Source of the DNA: Planctomycetota bacterium
GTDB taxonomy: Bacteria; Planctomycetota; Phycisphaerae; UBA1845
Assembly (NCBI GenBank): GCA_022567365.1
Contig: JADFHG010000001.1
Span: 1 to 25,111, forward strand
Length of the DNA stretch: 25,111 nucleotides
Direction of reading: 5' to 3'
Of the stretch, positions 16,009 through 24,459 are shown one piece after another (positions within the stretch are counted from its first letter, which is position 1; each line of letters opens with the position of its first letter). The notes beneath the pieces were generated by a model, which saw only the letters and a program-made list of their open reading frames with translations, had not been told where the DNA came from and ran no database searches. Made by a program: the position numbers and the translations under genes.

Positions 16009-17508
16009 ATGAAAACGATTATCGGCATTGTGGTTCTCGTCGGCATGATGGTCGGCGTATACATGCTCAACGATTTGACCCGCGGACCCGACCGCAAGAG
16101 CGTGCTCAACGTCGCCGGCAAGCCGGAACTGATCGCCGAGTTCGCCACGCCCGAGACACGCGTCATCGTGCGCGTCGTGCAGGCGCCCGGCGAGATCGAG
16201 CCCTTCTCCGAGGTCGACATCAGTGCCGAGGTCGTCGGCAAGATCCTGGAGATGCCCGTCGAGGAGGGTGATACGGTCAAAGCGGGCGACCTGCTGTGCC
16301 GCCTTGATGACGCCCTCTACCGCGCCCGCGTGGTGTCCGCCCAAGCGAACATTGCCAAGCTCGAGGCGACGATCACGCAGGCGAACGCCGAATTGGAAAA
16401 GGCCGAGCGCGACTACCGGCGGCAGGAGCGGTTGTCCGAAGCCAACGCGACGTCGGCGGTCGAACTCGCAGACTACCATACCGCGCTCATTCGCGCGCGT
16501 TCGACCGTCGAGGTTCGAAAGCAGGAACAGATCGAGGCCGGGGCGTTCCTTCAATCGGCCCGAGAGGATCAAGCAAAGACGGTCATCGAGGCCCCGATCG
16601 ACGGCGTCGTCTCGCAGCTTTTTGCCAAGAAAGGCGAGGTCGTCATTACCGGTACGATGAACAATCCCGGAACACGGATCATGGTCATCAGCGACTTGTC
16701 GAAGATGCAGGTGCGGTGCCGTGTCGATGAGACCGACGCGGCGCTGGTCGTGAAGGATCAGGTCGCCCGCATCTTTCTCCAGTCCAACACCCGCGAGGCG
16801 ATTCGCGGGCACGTTGAACGCGTTGCGACGAAGGGCACGAAACCCACCGGGCGAGATGTCGTGACGTTCGAGACGGTCGTCATGGTCGATGACATCGACA
16901 CGAGGGTCCGCCCCGGCATGACCGCCAACGTCGAGATCGAGGTTGCCCGACGCGAAGACGTGCTGACGATTCCAGTCGAAGCCGTCGTCGCGAGGAAGCG
17001 CAGGGATCTCCCTGACGAGTTGGTTGCCGAGTTCGATCGGATCCAGGCCGCGTTGAACACCGCCCAGCGTCGGCAAACCGCGCAGTACATTTCGATCGTT
17101 TTTTGTTCGGTGGATGGCGTCGCCGATCCCCGCTTGGTCGCCACCGGCATCAGCGACGAGACGGGCGTCGAGATTACGTCGGGGCTCGCTCCGGACGATC
17201 TCGTGGTCGTGGGTCCATACCGCACGCTCGATCAGGTCAAGAAGGGTGATAAGTTGAAGACCGAGGATGACGAGTCGCTTGGAGACGAGCCGGGCGAGGG
17301 CGAACCCGTTACCGTGGAAAAGGACAGCGCCGACCACCCCGACAAGGTGGCGGACAAGGATGCGAACGAGACCGAGTCGAAAACCGCGACTCACGACGAG
17401 GCCGACGGATCGCGGCGGACGGACTCCCAGGCGTCAACGGATGCCACGCCCGACACGGGCACACACGCCGACACGGACACACACGCCGACGCGGGAACGA
17501 ACAGATGA
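16009..17508 (+). CDS. Efflux membrane-fusion (periplasmic adaptor) protein, MacA/YknX-like, with acidic C-terminal tail
   Basis: N-terminal TM MKTIIGIVVLVG, 'V+APGEIEP..EVDISAEVVGKI..MPVEEGD.VK.GDLL', coiled hairpin, 'IEAPIDGVV', 'VDETD', 'RPGMTANVEI'. Confidence 0.93.
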   Translation: MKTIIGIVVLVGMMVGVYMLNDLTRGPDRKSVLNVAGKPELIAEFATPETRVIVRVVQAPGEIEPFSEVDISAEVVGKILEMPVEEGDTVKAGDLLCRLDDALYRARVVSAQANIAKLEATITQANAELEKAERDYRRQERLSEANATSAVELADYHTALIRARSTVEVRKQEQIEAGAFLQSAREDQAKTVIEAPIDGVVSQLFAKKGEVVITGTMNNPGTRIMVISDLSKMQVRCRVDETDAALVVKDQVARIFLQSNTREAIRGHVERVATKGTKPTGRDVVTFETVVMVDDIDTRVRPGMTANVEIEVARREDVLTIPVEAVVARKRRDLPDELVAEFDRIQAALNTAQRRQTAQYISIVFCSVDGVADPRLVATGISDETGVEITSGLAPDDLVVVGPYRTLDQVKKGDKLKTEDDESLGDEPGEGEPVTVEKDSADHPDKVADKDANETESKTATHDEADGSRRTDSQASTDATPDTGTHADTDTHADAGTNR

Positions 17509-18392
17509 TTGCGGACTCGCCAATCTCGAAAACCACCGCGCCGCTGATCGAACTTGCCGATCTTCACAAGGTCTACCGGGTGGGCACGGAGTTGGTGCAT
17601 GCACTTCGCGGTGTGTCCCTGTTGATCGGCGAGAACGAATATGTCGCCATCATGGGGCCTTCCGGCTCCGGCAAGAGCACCATGATGAACATCATCGGCT
17701 GTCTCGATGTGCCGACCGAGGGGCGATACCTGCTCCGCGGCCAGGATGTGAGCCGAATGTCGCAGTCGCGGCTCGCCCGTGTTCGCGGGCGACAGATCGG
17801 ATTCGTCTTTCAATCGTTCGAGTTGCTCCCCCGCACGAGCGCGCTCAAGAACGTCGAGTTGCCGCTGACCTACTCCGGGGTGAGGCATCGGCGCAAACGT
17901 GCGATCGAGGCGCTGAGGCGCGTAAGCCTGCTCGACCGCGCCCACCACCATCCGAATCAACTCTCCGGCGGCCAGAAGCAACGCGTCGCGATTGCCCGGG
18001 CGTTGGCCCAAGAGCCCGACATCATCCTGGCCGACGAACCGACCGGAAACCTCGACAGCACCACCGGTAACGAAATCATGGCGATCTTCGACTCGCTACA
18101 CGCCGAGGGGCAAACCATTATCGTCGTGACCCATGAGGACCACGTCGCCAGGCGCTGCCGCAGGACGATCAAGCTCATGGACGGGCAAATCGTCCTCGAT
18201 CAAATGAACGAAGAGCGGGAAAGAGCGAAGGGCATTTCGACGGCCGAGGGTGCAGCCGCCGCCGCGACCGGTGGAAGCGAGGGCACGGCTGCGACCGGCG
18301 GCTCTCGGCCGCACGGTACCGAGGGCGTTCGCCCCGACGGGAAGCGCGGTGCCGCGACGGGAACCGTGATCGAAGAGGGAGGGCCTTCCTGA
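17505..18392 (+). CDS. ABC transporter ATP-binding protein, MacB/LolD/YknY-like
   Basis: Walker A GPSGSGKS, signature LSGGQ, Walker [15 protein letters not shown]; ATGA overlap with the upstream stop. Confidence 0.96.
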   Translation: MIADSPISKTTAPLIELADLHKVYRVGTELVHALRGVSLLIGENEYVAIMGPSGSGKSTMMNIIGCLDVPTEGRYLLRGQDVSRMSQSRLARVRGRQIGFVFQSFELLPRTSALKNVELPLTYSGVRHRRKRAIEALRRVSLLDRAHHHPNQLSGGQKQRVAIARALAQEPDIILADEPTGNLDSTTGNEIMAIFDSLHAEGQTIIVVTHEDHVARRCRRTIKLMDGQIVLDQMNEERERAKGISTAEGAAAAATGGSEGTAATGGSRPHGTEGVRPDGKRGAATGTVIEEGGPS

Positions 18393-19666
18393 TGGCGGCG
18401 GTGCGTGTGATCTTCGGTGTGCTGCTGTTCGTCCCGCACCAGATCGGTGCACTGGCGACCAACGTCGTCACGGCCCTCGTCCAGATCTGGACGAACAAGA
18501 TCCGTGCCTTTTTGACCGTGCTAGGGATCATCATCGCCGTCACGTCGATCATCACCGTCGTTTCGTTCGTACAGGGGTTCGGCGACTACTTCACGAACTT
18601 TCTCCGCGGTCTCGGCACCAATCTCATGGTTGTTTATCCGGAGGCGGTGCGGGGTCCGCGCGGCGAGTTCCTTCGTCCCGCTGAAATGACCGTCGATGAC
18701 ATCTTCGCCGTCGATGCCAAGTCGGACGCGATTCGCCGCACCTCGCCGGTGATTTTCGCACGCTGCACCGTCGAGTATGGACGTCAGCAGATTACCGGGT
18801 TGAACATGCGCTGCGCGAGCGAGCTGTTCCAGCCGATTCGCAATTTCTACGTCGAGGAGGGCCAGGGGCGGTTCTTCGGGGCGATCGACGTTGAGAACGC
18901 GGCGCAGGTGTGCGTGCTCGGGCGGGACGTGCTCAGACAGCTCGAATGCGATGAGTCGATCGTGGGCGACTACATCATGGTCGACAGCCAGCGGTTCAAG
19001 GTGCTGGGTCTGCTCGAGACCCAGGGGAGCTTCATGGGCGATAACAACGACGCCATCATCGTCATTCCCTGGACGACCGGTCTCAAGATGTACCCCAACA
19101 ATCGCAACTATATGGCGTTCTACAGCGAGGCGATGAGCGAAGAGCAGGTCGACGAGGCCGAAGCCCAGATTGCCCGGACGCTGCGCCGCCGCCACGGAAT
19201 CAGGCCCGGCGAGCGCAACGACTTCGGCGTCTTCAAGCAGGATCAGATATTGCAGCAGTTCAACCAGGTCAAGATGATCGCGACGAGCGTGCTGGGGGGA
19301 ATCGTGGGCATTTCCCTGCTGGTCGGTGGCATCGGCATCATGAACGTCATGCTCGTCTCGGTCACCGAGCGGACGCGCGAGATCGGACTCCGCAAGAGCG
19401 TCGGCGCCCGCCGCCGCGACATCCTCCTGCAGTTTCTCACCGAGGCCGTCGTGCTCAGCACCGTCGGCGGGCTCATCGGCATCGGGCTTGGCTACGCGAT
19501 CTGCGGTGTCGCGTCACTCCACCCAAAAATGGTCGAGGTCAACGTGCCGATTTGGTCGGTCGCACTGGCGCTGGGCTTCTCCGCCGGCACGGGCATCTTC
19601 TTCGGCATCGTACCCGCCTTCAAAGCCGCCATCCTCCACCCGATCGACGCGCTTCGCCACGAGTAG
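18392..19666 (+). CDS. ABC transporter permease, MacB/FtsX/YknZ-like
   Basis: 'NKIRAFLTVLGIIIAV', large periplasmic domain, 'GGIGIMNVMLVSVTERTREIGLRKSVGA', 'PA.KAA.L.PIDALRHE'; TGATG overlap. Confidence 0.96.
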   Translation: MAAVRVIFGVLLFVPHQIGALATNVVTALVQIWTNKIRAFLTVLGIIIAVTSIITVVSFVQGFGDYFTNFLRGLGTNLMVVYPEAVRGPRGEFLRPAEMTVDDIFAVDAKSDAIRRTSPVIFARCTVEYGRQQITGLNMRCASELFQPIRNFYVEEGQGRFFGAIDVENAAQVCVLGRDVLRQLECDESIVGDYIMVDSQRFKVLGLLETQGSFMGDNNDAIIVIPWTTGLKMYPNNRNYMAFYSEAMSEEQVDEAEAQIARTLRRRHGIRPGERNDFGVFKQDQILQQFNQVKMIATSVLGGIVGISLLVGGIGIMNVMLVSVTERTREIGLRKSVGARRRDILLQFLTEAVVLSTVGGLIGIGLGYAICGVASLHPKMVEVNVPIWSVALALGFSAGTGIFFGIVPAFKAAILHPIDALRHE

Positions 19667-19835
19667 TTCGATCGCCGCGGGCGCTTCGTACAAAAAAACT
19701 CCGCGCGTGTAAGAAATCAGCGCTGGGGCTGACGTATAGGTGTCCAGCGCACCGATCAACGGTCGATGGGCGGTGAAGCCCGGCCGCGTGGCCGTGTGAT
19801 TCTTGCTTTCGAGGTCTCTTGGCGGAGGACGTGCC

Positions 19836-22580
19836 ATGTGCGCACTGACTATGATCATCGGAACTAATATCTCGCGTGAGTGCGCTTGCCGGCGATTGCG
19901 ATCGAGCGGGCGAGCCGCATGTCGGGCACATCACTCGCATCCGAACGGAATTGCGCCCAGCCTATCGACAACGCGCGTCCGAGGATGCCTGCCGGCCGAT
20001 TGGGTAACCCCGGCGGTTGCAATCGTCGTATTCGCCGTCGTGATATCGGAGCCGGTCATAGCGCAATGCGAGTTGCAGAAGCTCGTACCCTCCGGCTCGG
20101 CGCCGGGTGACAAATTCGGTGCTGCCGTCGCGATCGACGGTGATCTTGCCCTGGTTGGCGCACCAGGCGCCGACGCGCCGGATGGGACGAACATCGGGGC
20201 TGTCTATTTCTTTCGGCGAGACGGAATGGTGTGGACCGCAGAGGTCAAGGTCGTTCCGGATGATCCGGTTTTTTCGTCCCAATTCGGTGCCGCCGTTGCC
20301 CTCGACGGGGACCGTGCCTTGGTCGGCGCCGGCGCCGGCGACAGCGCCGACCTCGTGGTTTCCGTGTATCAACGGTCCGGTAGCGAAACACCCGATGACC
20401 CTTCGGACGATTCCTGGATCCTAGAGGCGAAGCTCACATCGAGCGGACCCGCCACGCAGTGGTTTGGCTTCTCGGTCGCGTTGAGCGGAAATTGGATCGC
20501 CGCTGGTGATCCAGACCTGTTCGGCGCGCCCGGAGGGGTCGTCTACCTCTATAGGCTCGACGACGACGGCACGCCCGAGGAACCCGGCGACGACGCCTGG
20601 GTCGAGGCCGGCAAGCTCCTTCCACCCGTGCCGGCTCCGAGTGGGTTGGACTGGTACGGTTATGCGCTCCACATCGACGAAGATATGCTCTTCGTCGGCG
20701 CGCCCGAACCGCCGTGGTTCGGGCGATCATATGTGTACCGACGATTCGACCAAGGGACGCCAAACGACGAAAGCGACGATGAGTGGATCGAGGTGGACCA
20801 ACTCACGCAGGCGGACGCCTGGCCGCAAGAGTACTTCGGTCGGTCGGTGCATGCGGACGGTTCGCGCGTCATTGTCGGTGCTCCGCTTGATGATGATGCC
20901 TGCCCCGGCGGCGAGTATCCGTGGGAAATAACACCCGACTGCGATTCCGGATCGGCCGGCATCTTTCGTCTGGATGACGGCGGCACGCCGGACGATCCAA
21001 CGGACGACACGTGGATCGAAGAGGCCAAGCTGGTCCCGTCGGACACAGCCGGAGGGGATCATTTTGGTTCTCGTGTGGCGATCGCCGATGACATCGCGCT
21101 CGTCACCGCAACCGGGGACGACGACGCGTGCGGCGGTGAGAGCATCTGCTGCTACGGCAACGGAGACCTTGGATGCGACGACGCGACCTGTGCGCAAGAG
21201 GTCTGTGCAATCAACCACGAGTGCTGCAACACCTGGAGCGGTTTTTGCGCGTTGTTGGCCATTCTACATTGTGATGTTTGCTGCAACTCGGGATCCGTGT
21301 ACGCCTTCCAACGCGACGGCACGACATGGACCGAGGTATTCAAGCTGACGGCAGCGGACGCGGGTGCCGGTGACGTGTTCGGAAGGGCACTGGCGATCAG
21401 CGGGAATCGCGCAATTGTCGGGGCGGTTCCGTATCCGCAGACGGCAGAAATCCCGGGCGCGGCGTATGTCTTCGCCTTTGCCGGTGACTGCGACGCGAAC
21501 GAGGAGGTCGACTTATGCGAGATCGCCGATAACCCCAGCCTCGACCTGGACGATGACGGTCTCCTCGACGACTGCGAGAGCGGAACGATACAGGTGACGC
21601 TCGCGCCGAGCGCTCCGCCCGGGAGTCTCCTGCCGGGCCAGCAGATCACCGTGGATCTGATGCTTTCTTCCGCCGACCATGCGATCGTCGACCTGCGTCA
21701 TTTGCAGTTCGACACGGCGGAGACGATCGGCGCGACCGTCGATACCGTTTCGTTTGATTTTCAGGGACTGGACGACGACTTTCTGTACATCGTGGACGAA
21801 AGCACGGACATCTTCTCGGCCGTCTATCAGGCGGCGCAGGGACTGGACGGGCTAATCGTCAATTTGGATGAGACGCCGCAAGTCGTCGCGCGTCTGACGT
21901 TGACGTTTTTGTCCGAGGGCGTTTTGGATGTGCTTGGCGCTCCCGATCCGTCCGACAACGGCGAAGGTGTGTTCTTCGAGGCCGGATTCGGCATGATCCA
22001 CCAGTATTCCCTGACCGCCGGGAACGTCAATGGCGGCAGGCTCGTTCTTTCGACCGGATCGCGAGAGTTCGGAATCATCGAGGCCGAACCGCCCGACCGG
22101 GCCATCGATGCACGCCAGCCGCACGATCCCGACGGAGCGAATCCCGTTGGATGGTCGTCGATAACGCTCGTGATGAATGCCGACGCAAGCAGCCTTACTG
22201 CGGACGCGTTCACCGTCACTCAGGATCCCGCGGGGACGCCGCCGGCGATCGTGGGTCTTAGCGCGAATGGCGTCTCCGTCACATTGGTATTTGACGGTCC
22301 CATCAACGTGGGTGCATGGACGATCGTGACGCACGACGCGAGCGGCAGCAGCACTCGGATGGGGTTCCTTCCGGGCGACGTAAACAATGACGAGATTGTC
22401 GGCGCCGCGGACGTTCTCGCGCTGGTCGATCACCTGAACGGTGTCGGCAGGCCCTTGGCACTTTTTCAGACCGACGCCAACCGAAGCGGCACGACCGACG
22501 CCAACGACGTACTTCGCGTGATCGACCTGCTCAACGGCGCAGGCGACTACGACGAGTACCTTGGCACGGCGTTACCGTAG
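19836..22580 (+). CDS. Large secreted FG-GAP (integrin-like propeller) protein with Cys-rich module, putative cohesin-like and Ig-like domains and C-terminal dockerin-like duplicated Ca-binding loop
   Basis: GGAGG RBS before ATG 19836. Repeats 'FG.AVA.DG...LVGA'; tail 'GDVNNDEIVGAADVLALVDHL...TDANRSGTTDANDVLRVIDLL'. Start is uncertain. Confidence 0.85.
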   Translation: MCALTMIIGTNISRECACRRLRSSGRAACRAHHSHPNGIAPSLSTTRVRGCLPADWVTPAVAIVVFAVVISEPVIAQCELQKLVPSGSAPGDKFGAAVAIDGDLALVGAPGADAPDGTNIGAVYFFRRDGMVWTAEVKVVPDDPVFSSQFGAAVALDGDRALVGAGAGDSADLVVSVYQRSGSETPDDPSDDSWILEAKLTSSGPATQWFGFSVALSGNWIAAGDPDLFGAPGGVVYLYRLDDDGTPEEPGDDAWVEAGKLLPPVPAPSGLDWYGYALHIDEDMLFVGAPEPPWFGRSYVYRRFDQGTPNDESDDEWIEVDQLTQADAWPQEYFGRSVHADGSRVIVGAPLDDDACPGGEYPWEITPDCDSGSAGIFRLDDGGTPDDPTDDTWIEEAKLVPSDTAGGDHFGSRVAIADDIALVTATGDDDACGGESICCYGNGDLGCDDATCAQEVCAINHECCNTWSGFCALLAILHCDVCCNSGSVYAFQRDGTTWTEVFKLTAADAGAGDVFGRALAISGNRAIVGAVPYPQTAEIPGAAYVFAFAGDCDANEEVDLCEIADNPSLDLDDDGLLDDCESGTIQVTLAPSAPPGSLLPGQQITVDLMLSSADHAIVDLRHLQFDTAETIGATVDTVSFDFQGLDDDFLYIVDESTDIFSAVYQAAQGLDGLIVNLDETPQVVARLTLTFLSEGVLDVLGAPDPSDNGEGVFFEAGFGMIHQYSLTAGNVNGGRLVLSTGSREFGIIEAEPPDRAIDARQPHDPDGANPVGWSSITLVMNADASSLTADAFTVTQDPAGTPPAIVGLSANGVSVTLVFDGPINVGAWTIVTHDASGSSTRMGFLPGDVNNDEIVGAADVLALVDHLNGVGRPLALFQTDANRSGTTDANDVLRVIDLLNGAGDYDEYLGTALP

Positions 22581-22631
22581 TAGGGCAAACGCCGTACGGT
22601 TCGCGGGCGTCGGGTCGAGGACCCGACCTAC
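22580..22631. repeat. Inverted doublet of GTAG-type REPs
   Basis: GTAGGGCAAACGCCGTACGGTTCGC (22580-22604, imperfect) and minus-strand GTAGGTCGGGTCCTCGACCCGAC (22609-22631). Confidence 0.6.
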
Positions 22632-22855
22632 AGGGCTGCGCCGAAACGGGACGAAATCGTTGTTCCCGAGGCGTCGGGGGCAGGATTGTAACGATGGAGC
22701 AGCCCCGCAGGAACGAATCTCCGCGAGAACGGGCCTTTTGCTTGAATCCAGCGGTTCGTTCGGTCATGATCGCGATTTGAAATCTGATAACTGGGAAATA
22801 CCGGATGGTCGCACGCTCGTCAGCGTCACTCGGAATTCCCGACTGGAAAACTGAC

Positions 22856-23692
22856 ATGAAACATCAAGATTTGAGTTCGAGGGTTCCCGCATTTTTGCTG
22901 GTCCTGCTGGTACTCGGCGTATCTACCTCGGGTGCTTGCGCACCGCAAGACCCACGCCTTCAAAGTGTCGAAGATTTGGTTGAGGTCGGCTTCTCACGCT
23001 CTCGTGTCGTCATGGTCAACGAAGCGCACAGCGGACTCAAGCGTTGCGTGCGGACACGGCAAGTCGGCCTGCGCATCCTTTTTCGCGCTCATGCGGCCGG
23101 CGTGCGGCATCTGGCCATGGAAGCCCTCAATGCGCGTTTCGCCGAAAAGGCGAACCGTACCCGTGTCGTACCGACATTGCCAAGCGGTTTTTATCTCGCT
23201 CAGGAGGATATGCGTAGGTTGATTCGCGCAGCGCTCGACCTGGGCTGGACCCTGGTTCCGTATGAGGCCGATACCTCGAAGATGCGGGCGTTGTTTGAGG
23301 ACACCATGAGCAGGGCCGCCACGAATTGGCGCGATCAGGAACAGGCTAAGAATCTCGCCGCTGTCATGGACGGCTTGGGTCCCGCTGGTCGCCTGCTCGT
23401 TTGGTGCGGGAATGGACACCTTAGGAAGAAACCTAGGGGGAACTGGAAGCCCATGGGTGCTCAATTCTGGGAACTCAGCGGAATAGAGCCGTTCTCTATT
23501 GACCAGACGTTGACGGTGGTCTTTAAAAAGGGCGGCCTTTCGCGCGGACAGCCGCTGCTTGAGCGCTTTCAGAAGCAGCTCGAGGCGACTCCAGGTGAAA
23601 CCATGGGATTCCTACGGGAGGACTGGAAGGACGGCCGCGACCATAAAGGATATGACGCGTTCATCATCTCCCTGCACAACACACTTGAGTGA
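22856..23692 (+). CDS. Putative lipoprotein with EreA/ChaN-like (erythromycin esterase superfamily) motifs
   Basis: Signal ...LLVLLVLGVSTSGA|C; motifs VMVNEAH, HLAMEAL, RDQEQAKNL, LLVWCGNGH. Confidence 0.65.
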   Translation: MKHQDLSSRVPAFLLVLLVLGVSTSGACAPQDPRLQSVEDLVEVGFSRSRVVMVNEAHSGLKRCVRTRQVGLRILFRAHAAGVRHLAMEALNARFAEKANRTRVVPTLPSGFYLAQEDMRRLIRAALDLGWTLVPYEADTSKMRALFEDTMSRAATNWRDQEQAKNLAAVMDGLGPAGRLLVWCGNGHLRKKPRGNWKPMGAQFWELSGIEPFSIDQTLTVVFKKGGLSRGQPLLERFQKQLEATPGETMGFLREDWKDGRDHKGYDAFIISLHNTLE

Positions 23693-23760
23693 TAGCCCCT
23701 TACTGGAAGTGTCCCGTCAGAAAGAGCCGCATGTGGGGTCACGATTCAATCTTGGGGCGG

Positions 23761-23848
23761 GGTGGCACTGCTGGCGGGTGAGTTGTGCGTGTGTGCCACT
23801 GCTCTTGAGCAGTGTCTTCGCAAGCACTGCTCGAGAGCAGTGGCACAC
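23761..23848. repeat. GTGCCACTGCT-type REP cluster: one partial unit plus an inverted pair
   Basis: GTGTGCCACTGCTCTTGAGCAGTG (23791-23814) and CACTGCTCGAGAGCAGTGGCACAC (23825-23848) are reverse complements with 1 mismatch, each with an internal 8-bp stem. Partial GGTGGCACTGCTGG at 23761. Confidence 0.8.
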
Positions 23849-23944
23849 GCCAATGTCGTCCAGCCGGCCGAGGAACGGGCTGCAAAAAGCCGCGCCATTC
23901 GCAAGCCGGGTCCGCTCGGCCATCGGATGCAATAACGGTTGACG

Positions 23945-23985
23945 CAAGGGGCGCGCCCCCGTCACAAGGGGCGCGGCCCCCGTCA
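23945..23985. repeat. Tandem 20/21-bp repeat with internal GGGGCGCGCCCC palindrome
   Basis: CAAGGGGCGCGCCCCCGTCA followed by CAAGGGGCGCGGCCCCCGTCA. Confidence 0.75.
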
Positions 23986-24108
23986 CGCCTGCGCTTTCAA
24001 CCAAGCCACGGACGCCCGATGTCCCTTCTCCATCGTATTTGACCGTTCCGCAACACCACCGTTGCTCGCCCACGGTATGGCGGCGGACCGGGTACGCGGA
24101 CATGGGAC

Positions 24109-24438
24109 TCATCGGCGGCGTTTCGCCCTGCGCGGCGTTGCCTTGCGCGGGCCGACGAGGTAGCCCTGCATGAGTCGCTTGTTCTCCTCGAATGAAAAGT
24201 CGGAATCGACATCCCGGCACGCCGTGTCGTAAGCCGAGTAAGCGTAGTCCCAAAGCTGTTCGACCCCGGTGGCGTCAAGGCTCGTCTGCTCGAATGTTCC
24301 CAAGATCATCTCCACCAGCGGCACGAACTCGGAGTCGTCCAGCATCATCGTCGCGTCGCCCATCTGCATCTCGAACAGGGCGTCGATCTGCCTCTTCCCC
24401 AGCGCCAGCAGCAGCCCTTTCCCTTCGTTTTGGCACAT
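24109..24438 (-). CDS. Hypothetical protein (109 aa), acidic helical core with basic tail
   Basis: AAGGA RBS, starts 21 nt after the RAMA stop, protein-like composition; no family recognised. Confidence 0.6.
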   Translation of the reverse strand: MCQNEGKGLLLALGKRQIDALFEMQMGDATMMLDDSEFVPLVEMILGTFEQTSLDATGVEQLWDYAYSAYDTACRDVDSDFSFEENKRLMQGYLVGPRKATPRRAKRRR

Positions 24439-24459
24439 ATCAGCCCATCCTTGTTCGGC

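Noticed and set aside
19706-19738. Possible ECF-sigma promoter TGTAAG-N~18-CGTATA upstream of the FG-GAP gene
   Set aside because: Single instance with no matching second copy in the window; cannot be distinguished from chance.
23848-23944. attC-like integron recombination site (CGCCAAT...GTTGACG hairpin)
   Set aside because: R''/R' boxes are degenerate, the spacers are asymmetric beyond attC geometry, and there is no integrase or second attC in the window.
23717-24253. 178-aa minus-strand ORF spanning the repeat-rich gap
   Set aside because: Runs through REPs and tandem repeats, overlaps the better-supported 24109..24438 gene in another frame, and lacks protein-like features.
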